From the human T2T-CHM13v2.0 reference genome, Homo sapiens: 64,000 nt of DNA. The stretch is from assembly GCF_009914755.1 (NCBI RefSeq), contig NC_060928.1; one strand, given 5' to 3'. How positions within the stretch are numbered: the stretch's first letter is position 1; each line of letters opens with the position of its first letter. Shown here piece after piece: positions 43,151 to 56,207 of the stretch. A program made the translations under genes and the position numbers. The notes below the pieces were generated by a model. The model saw only the letters and a program-made list of their open reading frames with translations. It did no database searches and was not told where the DNA came from.

Positions 43151-45840
43151 TCTTTTTATTCATTGATTCCCTCTTATTTTGAACCATGGCCTAAATGTGC
43201 TGTATATATTCTGTAGTTATGGTGGGGAAAGTGCCTTCAGTATTTAGTGATAATTATAAAAAAGTTTAATATTTAATTCATTTCTCTTTCAGGTAGAACT
43301 CCCTGTGGAACATGAATTTTTTTTAACTATACTTTTGTTACTACTCAGATGATATATACTGTATCAAAAGTGTATGTCCTTGTCAAGTTCTCTAAAGTTT
43401 GTGAAATACAAGAGAATATGCAGTAAAATTTTAAGTCTGTTTCCTTTCCAGATACTTTTTCTCTGAAGAACTACTGTGGAACATTACTTATATTGTTTAA
43501 TAGTACTATAAAGTTGTTTCCACACTTGTATGATTAGCACGTAATGTTCAAACTGTGCCATGAATGTGCTGGTAGAAACAAAACAGTTTTAAGGACAATT
43601 AAAACAACAACATCCTGTTATGAAGTAAAGACACAGTTTTTACCATCTTTATTGTCTGGAAGAAACTGTAGTAGGAATAAAAGAGGCGACGAAGAGTTAA
43701 AGTACATTTTATGTTTTTAGGCTAAAACTGATTAAAAAAAAAAGATCATTGTAGGGTCAAAGAAATTGATATATATAGTGTAATTTTGGCTACATTAAAT
43801 CCAGGCATTTGGCCTTTTAAATTAGCTAGCATATTTTACAATCTTGTTGCCTCTTACCCCACAACCTCTATGTTATGATGATTTTAGGTTAGTATGTTAA
43901 AACAAGGAGAATTCCTGGACTGTCACAGGAGTGAAATTGATATCATTATGTTACCCATGTGTTGTGCATATTTAGTGTCTCTTTTTGACAGTATTTCAGT
44001 TTCATGTCTTCTGGGGAGACTAAAGCCAAAGTTTCTTGGGGATTCTGGTGTTTTAGCAAAGACAGTGAGACACATAGCTCAAGAACTGCGTTATTTTACT
44101 CCTTGCTATGTCACATTTACATGTCAGACTCATTTGCTGTGATGTAGCACACTAGGCTGGTGAAATAATTGCTTGTGATGTCCCTAAATCCCCGAGGCTT
44201 TTTTCTACCTCCTGCTTAGATAGTGAAGAGAAGTTGAAGTTGCGTCCTCTAGTGTTCATTTTGCGTAAGAGTGATAGGATGCGGTAGGACAGATGAAGAT
44301 TAATGAGATTGTGTGATATCAAGTAGGCTCATTGTCTTTAGATTGATTGCTGATGGTCTGGATTTGCTTAGCATCAGGAGAGTTTAGAAACAAACAACTA
44401 ATTTATTAATGATGCCCAAATAATAGTTAAATGCCCAAACTTTTGGAATTTATGTTGTTCATTGTTAACAACTGCTGTGTGGCCCCTTTAGAAGTGTCCA
44501 GTCCATGACATTTTATACATTTGTCTTGAATCTTAAGGAAAACATGATCATGTCTTCTTTCTCGGGTGATAAGCATGCCTCAAAATAGTTTTAATTCTGT
44601 GAATATCTTTGAATTCAGTTTATTTGGGTACTTTTAGTACGGATACCTACTATATAACAAGCTCCTAATAAGAACTATTAAATTATAAGCATTATCCCTA
44701 GCGTATAAACCTAGTTTTCTTGTAGTAGGAAATTTGAAGGACTTCAAAAATTTTACTTTAAGCCATCTATGGAAAAGATTGCCCAATTGAGAAAAATTGT
44801 GAAAGATATGTAGAAGTCTTAAATAATTTTGGTTTCAGGATTATTTTCTATTGTTGTGTTAGACTCATGGAGGTAGTAAATTGGCATTAATTTTCCTTAC
44901 AGTTTTTCTGGAAGAGGAAATATGCTTAATGAGCTAAATAAGACATAACATTTTGTTTTCTTACATTGTTGCAAATTGAAGTTGGGTTTTGTTGTTTGTT
45001 TGTTTTGAGATGCAGGTCTGGCTGTGTTGCCAGGCTGAAGTGCAGTGTCTATTCACAGATCATTAAGTTGTGCAGCCTTAAACCTTTGGACTCAAGCAAT
45101 CTCCTGCCTCAGCCTCCCAAGTAGCTAAGATTATAGGTGTGCACCACAGCATCCAGCTTAAAATTTAGTTTTCTAGAAAGTTTTATGACATGGGGAAAAG
45201 TTAATTAACAATATTTAGGAATGTCCACAAATAAAAAGCTAAATATACGTATCTTTCGATATTCAAATGACTAGTATTCCAAAAATACCCTCAGAAGAAA
45301 GGCTACAAATGTTTCTTCATTCTCCATTTTTCCTAGTTATAACTATTGCTCTTCTAATATTACTCTTCTTAGCTAAGTCAGAACTAAAAAAAAAAAAGCT
45401 GCAAGGACTAATTGACATTAATAGTTCAAATGAATCATAATTCTTTACTTTCCCAAAAGTATTTAAGGAATGGATGCCTATTAATCTTTCACATTGTTTA
45501 TCAAAATGATGTGAATAGTCTTTGGTGAGCCATATTAAGATTAAAGCTGGAAAGCCTCCTGTACGGTTGTTTTCCAATTTCAGCTTTGCCATCTTTACAC
45601 AAGACTCTCATAAGTGTTTTTGTTATTGTTGCTGGATTCTTCTTTTGTTTGTTTTTAAAACTCCAGGTGTTTTAACTTCTATGACAGTTATTATTCTTAT
45701 CTTCTATGGCAGCCCCTTCCAAGTTTTGGCTTTGGGGATAGAGAATTGGGAGAGATCAGAGAAGAGAGACTGGTGAGAGGTTGTATGCATATGTGGGTCT
45801 TACTTCATTTCGATGTTCATAAGATAAAGACGCTTTATCT

Positions 45841-46169
45841 CAAGGGTTGGCAGACCATGGCCTTTAGGCCAAACGTGACCCACCAACTGGTTTTGCATAT
45901 CCCATTGTCTAAGAATAGTGTTTACATATTTAAATGATTAGGAAAATACTTTAAAAGTGGTTTTTTGTGACATATGAAAATTATATGAAATTCAGCTTTC
46001 AGTCCTCATAAATAAAGCTTTATTAGAACACATCCACACTAATTTGATTATGTTTTGTCTGTTACTCCTTTTGCACTACTGTAGTAGAGTAGTTACAGTA
46101 CAGACTTATGGCCTATAAAGCCTAAATTATATACTCTAGACCTTTGCAGAAAAAGTTTCCTGACTCTTG
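45841..46169 (+). mobile_element. MER58B-like hAT element
   Basis: caagggttggcagac...aaaaagtttcctgactcttg TIRs. Confidence 0.7.
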
Positions 46170-46254
46170 ATTTGTCCTTGTAAGTTTTTAGAAGATTAGT
46201 AGCCTTTAATGTCTGTTGTTCATATATGAACCTCACGTTTTTGTTTCTTTTTAA

Positions 46255-47543
46255 AAAAGATTATTTTAATTGACATAAAAATTGTATCTGTTTATAGAGT
46301 ACAACATGTTGTTTTGATAATTGTGTATTCATTGTGGAATGGCTAGATCAAGCTATTTAACATGTGCATTACTTCACATACTTCTTATTTTTTTGTGATG
46401 AGGACACTTAAAACCAACTCTCTTAGTAATTTTTAAGTATACAATATATTGTTAACGATAGTCACCCTACAGTACAATAGACCTCTTGAACTTATTTCTC
46501 CTGTTTAACTGAAGGTTTGTATCCTTTGACCAATTTCTTCCCAACTCCCTTAGACCTCCAGGCCCTGATAACCACCATTCTACTTTCTGCTTTTGTGAGT
46601 TCGACTTTTTAAGACTCCACATATAAGCAAGATCATGCACTATTTGCCTTTCTTTGTCTGGCTTATTTCACTTAGCATAATGTCCTCCAGGTTGATCCAT
46701 ATTGTCACAAATGACAGGATTTCCTTTTAATAAAGGTTGAATAGGATTACCTTCTGTATACATACCACATTTTCTTTATCCGCTTATTCTTCGATGCATA
46801 CTTAGGTTGATTCCATGACTTGGATATTGTGAATAATGCTGCAGTGAACATGGAGTGCAGATGTCTCTTGGACATACTGATTTCATTTCCTTTGGATATA
46901 TACTCAATAGTGGAATTGCTGGATCATAAGATAGTTTTATTTTAAATTTTTTAGGAACTTCCACACTATTTTCTCTAATATCTGAAGTAATTTATGTTCC
47001 TACCAACAGTGTACAAGGGGTCTCTTTTCTCCACATCCTCACCAACATTTATCTTTCATGTTTTTGACAATAGCTATTCTAACAGGTATGAAATGGTATC
47101 TCATTGTGGTTTTCATTGGCATTTCTCTGATGATTAGTGATGTTGAGCACTTAAAAAATATACCTGTTGGCTATTTGTATGTCTTCTGAGAAATGTCTAT
47201 TCAGGTCTTTTGCCCATTTTTTAATCAGGTCATTTGTTGCTGTTGAGTTCCTTATAAATTTTGGTATTTTAGATTTTAACACCTTATCAGGTTTGGTTTA
47301 CAAACATATTCTCTCATTTTATAGGTTGTCTCTTCACTATGTTGAATGTTTCCTTTGCTGTGCAGAGGCTTTTTAGCTTCATGTAATCCCATTAGTCTAT
47401 TTTTTCTTTTGTTGTCTGTGCTTTTGAGGTCATGTTCAAAAAATTATTGTCCAGGCCAGTGTCATGGAACATTTTCCCTATAACTTCTTTCAGTAGTTTT
47501 TCAGTTTTAGCTCTTTATTCGTCTTTAATTCATTTTGAGTTGA
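46255..47543 (-). mobile_element. L1MA 3' portion
   Basis: ORF2 C-terminal peptide YDPAIPLLSIYPKE and L1MA 3'UTR. Confidence 0.85.
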
Positions 47544-48089
47544 ATGAGCCACAGAGTTTTTTTTTTTAAAGATTGTTTAAAATGTTTAACACATACGTTT
47601 TCTGAAGATACATTATAAGTCGTATTTGAGTAAAAAATATAATACTGAACTTAAATAATAGTAGGGAGGCTGAATTAACTTATTTCAAGCATACACCATC
47701 CCCTCTTGAAAGCTCTCTTAATCTTTAATTTTTTAAAATACATTTTCTTCCACTAAATACTTATTTTTTCCAACTGACTCCCTAAAACTCATAAATCTAC
47801 AATTGTTATTACATGAGTAATGTAAATATTTATTCATGCCACCTGAATCTTAAAGTTCCATTGGTTATTAGCTTTTTGTAGTTATGAGTTGTATGCCCTT
47901 TTTAGTATTTAGCAACATTGGGATTTTCAGGCTTAGATTTCTAAATTTTGAAAGATTCTGTGTTTAGATATATTTGTTTAGTAAATAATATTTGATGTTG
48001 TCAACGTGAATTGAAGTATGTTTAATATTAGAGAAAGTAATACCATAATAAAATACATGTTGCTGTCAATACCCAAGGTCTAAAAGAAA

Positions 48090-49095
48090 TTGGTTTTTTC
48101 AAGACTGGAGAGGACATAGAAGGCTCCATGGTCTAGATGACCCATCTGATACACTGACACCTGTTGTAAAATCCCAACCCATCATTTCTTCATCCTTTGC
48201 TTATTCACCCACACTGATGGGGAACTATTAATTCACGAAATAGACCATTTCATTTTTGTGTCAGACTATTAGGAAGTTCTTTAATCTGATGAACAAGCAG
48301 CTGTTTGTCTCCCTAAACCCTCTATACCTCTACCTGATTTTATTCCAAAGTCTGTAAAGAGCAGTTTTTAATCCTTCTTCTATATGGTGTTCCTTTATTT
48401 TTTAAAACTGTTAGTTATCTTGTCTTTACACTTTATCTCACTAACCAGTCTTTTGTTTTTCAGGCTTGACATTTTGGATTATTTCATATGCCATTCTTTT
48501 TCCGTCTAAAGCATTCTCATCTTTTTCTTGTGAACTATTTGTCCTTTTTGCTCTGAAGTTGTAACATCCACCAACAAATATATATTGATTGGTTGTGTTC
48601 TATCAGTACACAACTTAGTGAGACTCCTGCTGCCTCTACCCTGAATACCTTGCTTCTCCTAATGCATTCCAGGATTTTGTTAGCTTTGTTGTCAGCTGCA
48701 CATTGAGATTGCTATTGAATAAAGTCATCAGGAGCAACAACAAAGGTGAAAAGCCCAGGTCTTTCTTCAAAGTCTGCTAAATAATAGTTTTCACGCCTTG
48801 GGCTTGTGCAGTTAATTTGATTTAAGTTTCAGCAACTGAGGCACAATATATACCAGATATAGAAGTTATCCTCCAAAATTAGCTCCTCTAAGTTTCTCCT
48901 ACTTTTCACATGATTCCCAGATATTCTTTTCTTTAAGTCCAAGTGATTTCCCAATTATTTCCATGGCTATGGCTACAAAGGCTTTAGGCCATAGGAATAG
49001 AGGAATTTATTCTTACTAAATTCATCTTATTAGATTTGATTAATCTTCCCAACTTGTCAACTGTGGGATCTTGTTTCTGTCATTCTCTATGTATT
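48090..49095 (-). mobile_element. Highly degraded L3/CR1 LINE
   Basis: CR1-like ttctcctaatgcattccagg..ttagctttgttgtcagctgcacatt..cccaggtctttc. Confidence 0.45.
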
Positions 49096-50821
49096 TCTTT
49101 ATTCATTGATAGCAAAGGCACTATATATCTTAAATACCAAGAAGAATTTATATAGCTTTCTTTTTGAAAAATTGTTTAAAGTATCTAGTTCAAGATCCCC
49201 AATCTAGGTGAACTTCATGGAACATTTAATTGACATGGAGATAATTAGGGGATGTTCTGAAGAGTTACCAAAGAGAACTCCTAAAGAGAAACTAGATGGT
49301 TGAGATTATTTATGGAGGAAGAACAGATGAAAGTAAAATTCTGCTATTAAGAATACTATCTGGGTAAAGAAATGCTTTCTGCTTTCTTTGGTGGAAATAG
49401 ATAAGAGTGAGCAGACTTATATTCATTCATTGAAATTCAGATAAATTCATAACCAAAGTTTTATTATATATATACTGATAAGGTGAAGAGTTCAACACTA
49501 ATCTAGTTTGAACTCCATAGATATTTAAAACCAGCTATTTTAATTTCTTTTAGCTTTAAGACAATGCTGAAATATGTACTTAATTTTCTGAATACTTTGC
49601 TCTTTATAGTTGCCGTTTCATGAATTTGTGATATTAGACTTATTGTATGAGGAGTTTTGTATTTTTCTTCTTTGAACTTTTTGCTTATAGTGCTTTGGGC
49701 ACAGACCTTCCCAAACCTTAGTATTTCTGGATGAATTTTTTGAGAGTGCACAACATTGGAAAGGAGCTTTTGCATAATGCCAGCAATGTAGCTGAGGAAA
49801 TGGGTCTGGAGGAAAATGAGATTTGACACCTGTAACAGAGGATAAATATGATAGGGGCCAGAGTGCCTTATACAGAGTGTGATAGGAAAGCTCAAAACTA
49901 ACAGAAACAAGCAATGGAAGAGTAAAGGCAGACAGATGGTTGCAGAGATCTTAGTTTCTGATGCTAGCTGTGTTATTAACAGACTGTGTATTATTTGAAA
50001 TAATTTATCCTCACTGAGCATCTGTTTCTGTACCTGTGAAAAATGTACTAGATAATCTTTGATATATCATTCAAGCTCTACAATTATCTTCTTTTGTGAC
50101 ACAGAGACAGACAAGAATAGAGATTATCAATGTTATATAAAAGGATGTTACTTACCAAACAAGTTTCTGAGGTTTTTGTTTTTTGTTTTCTGTTTTGTTT
50201 CTTTTTAGGTACCACCTTCCCAGACTTTCTTGTTACTGTAACGTTTATTTCTTCAAACAGATCATAAAGCAAGCAGATATTATCCAGGTGTGCAAAAGTG
50301 ATTAACCATGTGATTTTCAGAAAAAAAAAAAAAAAAAAGAAAAAGCAATCAATCAGCCTTTAAGGCTGTTGTTGTGTAATAAAAACCTTGCTTGACAGTT
50401 GAAGTACACCTTAACTTTTTCATTTAAAATTTATTACTCTTTGAAAAAGGAGAACTTGTTGAGCAGCATATTTTCTTTTTTCACAGATGTCTGATTAGCC
50501 TGCAATATTTTGGTTCTATTTAATATACTTTTAACTATTTTTTAATGAATATGAATGTAAAAATAATGTTGAGTTAGAATAGAAATATCTAACTGTATGA
50601 TTAAAGTTGAATCACTTATAAATTTGAAAAAGCTTCTTGTCTTCTATTGTTAATGCTCCTAGAATCTCATGTTTGAGAACGAATGTTCAGTGTAGCCAAA
50701 ACCTAAATCTGGGGCTATATGTTGAATGTTTTAAAGTCACTAGTAGAAGGGCAATTTGGTGGCTAATTTTAAAGTACATAAAGAGTATTAACAATAATGA
50801 AGTGTCATTTTGTTCCTGGCA

Positions 50822-50824
<3 letters not shown>

Positions 50825-50872
<48 letters not shown>
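50825..50872. repeat. (TG)n microsatellite, ~23 units
   Basis: Seen directly. Confidence 0.95.
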
Positions 50873-50873
<1 letters not shown>

Positions 50874-51629
50874 TGTCAAAAAAGTATCTGAAGGGGCCTG
50901 TAATAGAAAACCTAGTTCCTTTATGATATACACAATCTAGCTTGAAATTTTGATGCATTAAATTCATAAAACATGAAGAGTTTAAGCTTTGCAACACTTA
51001 ATTGACACATGCGTCAGAATAAGTTTGGAAAAAAATGAACCTTCATACATTTTGACTTCTCTGTTTTCTATTTGATAACTTTGGTATTGCAGTTACTCTT
51101 TTTTGACACAAGATGGTGATGTTCACCTGAAATGTTTCCTGAGTACAGGCTCTACTGCGTTTAGAGGCTCCCCCTTATTTATCCAAAGAGCAGCTTAAAG
51201 AAATGAATGAAACTGGCTTTGCTTTAAGAGATAATAGTTGAAGAAAAGCAAGAGAGTGTGTCCTCTTTTATAACTGATTTAACAAATAATGATTCAAATT
51301 TAAGTGTGGGTTTGTGTGAGTTGAGGACTGGGGAGCGGAGAGCACTGGGAAAAAGGAAAGTTGAACAGTGGAGAATTAGCAGTCATTAGGTATGCAGTAT
51401 GCATTAAGTCTATGCTATGTGTTTTACATATGATGTCTAGTTAATTTTAGTCAAATATGAGCACTTTACATGTATTTTACACAACACTAGTGCATTCCTT
51501 GTTTAATTGTGCAAGTTTAGAAGTACGGTGTGTGTTTGTTCTTTCTTAAAAAAATTATGACGTATCATCAGCCAGTGTAGTAGCTTTATTCATAATTTAA
51601 GTGATACTGTTTCATTTTTAAAAATACAC

Positions 51630-52086
51630 AAGTTTCTTACATATAGTTAAATATATATTTAACATAGTATCCGACAATCTCAGTCCTAGGTATTTACCCA
51701 AGAAAAATGAATAAATTGTCCAGCAAAGACCTGTTTGTAATGTTTATAGCAACTTTATTTATAACACCTAAACAACCCAAATGTCTACCTACGTGAATGA
51801 ATAAATAAGTTGCAACATGTCCATATGGTGAAATACTACTCAGTCATGAAAAGGAACAAATTATTGATATATGCAAAGATGGATAAATTTCAAAAGCATT
51901 ATGCTAAGTAAAAATAGTCAGATATAAAAGACTATACACTATACTGACATTGTGAGGATTGCAGGGACAGAAATCAGTTCGGGGATCTGAGGGAGGAAAT
52001 TTCACCACAGAGCAGCAATGGGAAACTTTTTGGAATGATGTAGATATTCTATATCTTGGCTGTAGTGGTGATTACAGGACTGCATA
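51630..52086 (+). mobile_element. L1ME/MC 3' fragment, resuming at ~54468-54535 after the Tigger1
   Basis: cctaggtatttacccaagaaaaatg, aaacaacccaaatgtc. Confidence 0.65.
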
Positions 52087-52088
52087 TA

Positions 52089-54465
52089 CAGGGATACCTC
52101 GTTATATTGTGGTTTATTGCACTTTGCAAGTAGTGTATTTTTTATAAATTGAGTATTTGTGGTAACCCTGCAAGTCCATTGGTGCCATTTTTCCAACAGC
52201 ATATTCTCACTTCACATTTTGGTGATTTTTGTAATATTTCAATCTTCCTCATTATTATTATTATGTTATCTTGATCTGAGATCAGTGATATTTAACATTA
52301 TTATTGTAATTGTTTTAGGACACCATAAACCACACCCATGTAAGACAGCAAACCTAATAAATAAACGTTTTGTGTTCTGGTTGCTCCAACAGCCAGCCAT
52401 TTTTCTGTCTCTTTTCCTCTCTTTGGGCCTCCCTACTCCCTGAGACACAACAGTACTGAAATTATGCCAAAGAATAACCCTACAATGATTTCCAGATGTT
52501 CAGATTAAAGGTAGAGTCTCACATCTGTCACATTAATCAAATGCTAGAAATGATTAAGTTTCATGAGAATGGCATGTCAAAAGCTGAGAGAGGCCAAAAG
52601 CTAGGCCTCTTTCACCAAATGTTTAGCCAAGTTGTAAATGCTAAGGAAAAGTTCTTGAAGGAAATTAAAAGTGCTACTTCAGTGAACACATGAATGATAA
52701 GAAAGCAAAACAGCCTTATTACTGATATGGAGAAAGTTTTAGTGATCTGGATAGAAGATCAAACCAACTACAGCATTCTCTTAAGCCAAAGCCTAATCCA
52801 GAGCAAAGCCCTAATGCTCTTCAATTCTGTGAAGGCGGAGAAAGGTCAGGAAGCTGCAGAAGAAAAGTTGGCAGCTAGCAGAACTTGGGTCATTAAGTTT
52901 AAGGAAAGAAGCTATCTGCATAACATAAAAATGTAAAGTGAAGCAGCAAGTGCTGATGTAGAAGCCGTAGCCAGTTATACAGAAAATCTAGCTAAGATAA
53001 TTAATGAAGGTGGTTAACTAAACAACAGATTTTTAATGTAGCAAAAACAGCCTTATATTAGAAGAAGATGGTAATCTAGGACTTTCATAGCTAGAGAAGA
53101 GAAATTAATGCCTGGCTTCACGCTTCAAAGGATAGGGTGACTCTGTTGTTAGGGGCTAATGCAGCTGGTGACTACGTGGAAGCCAGTGCTCATTTACCAT
53201 TCTGAAAATCCTAGGGTTCTGAACAGTTATGTTAAGTCTACTCTGCCTGTGCTCGATCAATGGAAAAACAAAGCCTGGTTGACAGCACATCTGTTTACGG
53301 CACAGTTTTCTCAATATTTGAAGCTCACTGTCGATACCTATTGCTGAGGAAAAAAAAAGATTCCTTTTGAGATGTTACTGTTCATTGACAATGCACATGG
53401 TTACTCAAGGCTCTGATGGAAATGCACAAGGAGAATTAATGTTTTTGTGTCTGCTAAAACAGTATCTATTCTGCAGCCTATGGATGAAGGAGTAATACTG
53501 ACTTTCAAGTCTTATGATATAAGAAATACGTTTCTTAAGGCTATTGCTGCTGTAATAGTAGATATGGGCAAAGTAAACCTCCTTGAAAGGAGTCACCATT
53601 CTAGATGCCATGAAGATCATTCATGATTTATGGGAGGAGGTGAAAATACGTCAACTTTAACAGGAGTCTAGAAGAAGTTGATTCCAGCCCTCAGGGATAA
53701 TTTTGAGGGCTTCAAGACATCAGTGGAGGAAGTAACTACAGATAAGGTAGATACAGCAAAAGAGCTAGAATTAGAAGTGGAGTGTGAAGTTGGGACTGAA
53801 TTGCTGCAATCTCATGAACAAATTAGAATGGATGAGGAGTTATTTGTTATGGCTGAGCAAATAAAGTGATTTCTTGAGATGGAATCTACTGGTGAAGATG
53901 CTGTGAATATTGTTGAAATGGTAACTGAGGATTTAGTATATCGTGTAAGTTTAGTTGTTAAAACAGCAGGGTTTGAGAGGATTGACTCCATCTTTAAAAG
54001 AAGTTCTACTGTGGTTTACCCTATCAAATAGCATTACATGCTACAAAGATATCTTTCATGAAAGGAAGAGTCAGTTGATGTGGCATACTTTATTGTTGTC
54101 TTTTTTTTTAGAAATTGCCACAGCCACCCCAGCCTGCAGCAACTACCACCCTGATCAGTTAGCTGTCATCAACATCAAGGCAAGACTTTCCACCAGCAAA
54201 AAGATTATAACTTGCTGAAGGCTTAGATAATCATTTGCATTTTTAGCAATAAAGGATTTTTAAATTAAGGTATATATATTTTTCCCCCATACATATTGGT
54301 ATTGCATACTTAGTAGACTATCATATACTGTAAACATAGCTTTTATATATATTGGTAAATTAGAAATTCTTGTCACTTGCTTTATTGTGATATTAGCTTT
54401 ATTGCAATATTAGCTTTATTGTAGTGGTCTGGAACTGAACCTGCAGTATCTTGGAGGTATGCCTG
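52089..54465 (+). mobile_element. Full-length Tigger1 (TcMar/pogo) with frameshifted transposase pseudogene
   Basis: TIRs CAGGGATACCTC / GAGGTATGCCTG, TA TSD on both sides. ORF pieces 52496-53869 match the Tigger1 CENP-B-type HTH and DDE region. Confidence 0.93.
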
Positions 54466-54734
54466 TATTTGTCAGAACCCTTCTAGCTGTAAAAGTAAAG
54501 AGATTGAATTTTACAATATGTGGGGTATACCCAAACCACCCTAAAAAAAATTGTTTAATTCGGAACACAAAGGAAAATGTCAGCTTTATACTTCAGCAAC
54601 AGTTTCTTTTCACTTGGAGGTAAGGCCTCCTGCTTCTCCGCTCTTTTACCAACCTTTGACTATCTTTTACAACCCATTTACACAGACCTGCATTGTTATT
54701 GCCTCAGTGGGCTCAGAACTACCTCAGCAAAGAA

Positions 54735-56207
54735 GGGGACTTGGAGTGTTGCTTCACCAGCTGGAAACCTCCATGGCCAGTGGCTCCTTCTGCCTGAGTA
54801 CTGCTCGCACCCACTGAGCTTGTTCTGCCCACTCAGCCCAGCAGGCTGCACTCTGCTCGTGCTACTGGCCTTAATCCCACACCTGCCAAGGGCGAGCGAG
54901 GCGTGGAGCGGTGAGGGTTGTGTGGGCAAGTGAGCCCAGGTTCCTGCCACTATGCACAGTCAGGCACACAAGCTGCTGCATGGGGTGGGCAGCTCCAGGC
55001 ACTGATAACAGGTGCTGGCTCCATGCAAGGCTGTGGCTGGACCAGATGTACTGCACACATCTTCCACTCTGTGCACCCGTGACTGGACGAGGGGAACACA
55101 GTGGTGCCCAGAAGCTTGGAGAAGCCAGGAACCAGAGCCCCAAAGAGGGTGTCACAGCCCTGCCTCAGGGAGCCCCTAGGTCTGGGCTCCCCAGAGGGCT
55201 GCAACTCTTCTCCTTCTCATCACCCTCAATGTGGCAAGTCAGGGTTGGGGGTGTTTTTCAGCTTTCTTTGTGTTACTGCTCTTTCAGTCCCTCCGTTTGG
55301 TGGGTCCTGAGTTCTTGTCCCGTGTCCAGGACCAGTGAGGTATGTGGACAACTGGAGGGTGAGCAAGGTGGAAAGGACTTTAATTGAACAACAGAACAGC
55401 TCTCAGGAGACCCAACATAGGTAGCTCCTTTCTGCAGCTAGTAGTCCTGAAGTCTCTCCAAGTCTGGCTGAGTCCAGGGGATTTTATGGGCTCAGAAGGG
55501 ACAGAGTGCATGCTGATTGGTCCATGGGTGGCCATGGGCAGGCCCAGTGAAAGCACCCTAAGTTCTCACTCTGGGCCGAGGTCTCCACATGGAACTGGCA
55601 GCCCAGCCCCCAGGCTTCAGGCTGTCCATGTCTTGAAGGTGGGGTTTCACCAGGGACCCATCCCTTTGCACCCAGGAGCCTGTCTGCCTTCTGTCACCAG
55701 GAATGTGCCATCCATGGCCCCCAGGCTGTTTGTGCCAAGGAGTGCCTGAAGCCCTATGGCAAACCACCCTCAGCCCTCCTCAGCCTCCCTCCCATGCTCA
55801 CCAGTGCCCAAAGTCCAGAGGGGTTCAAGGTGGCTGGGGGCTGGCATCTCAGTGTCTCCCTGAGCACAGGCACACCCAGTTGAGTTGTGACAGCACCCAG
55901 GCTTGGCCACAACTTTGCTCTGCCCAGAGCCTGCGCCACAATCGGAGTGGCCAGGGAGCAGGAGCAGTCACTTCTGAGCCTGCAGGGGCAGGAGGGCTTC
56001 CCAGGCCCCCAAGAACACAAGGATGCCTGGGTGCAGAGTCACGGCTGGACAACTGCAGTGAGCCCCGCCCTCCCAACTCAGTAGGGGCCAGGGCTCCTGC
56101 CCGTTCGCAGCCTTGACGGCTTGGCAGAGCTTGCAACTCTAGCCGCACCTACCCAGTACAGCGGGCGTCCTCACAGCCGCGCTCCAGACGGGCCGCTGCT
56201 GCCATCA
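54735..56207 (-). mobile_element. MER52-family (ERV1) LTR, left end eroded
   Basis: Ends ggccgctgctgccatca (reverse of TGATGGCAGC), GC-rich body. Confidence 0.78.

Noticed and set aside
52496-53869. Domesticated TIGD-like transposase
   Set aside because: The reading frame is broken into several fragments by stops and frameshifts.
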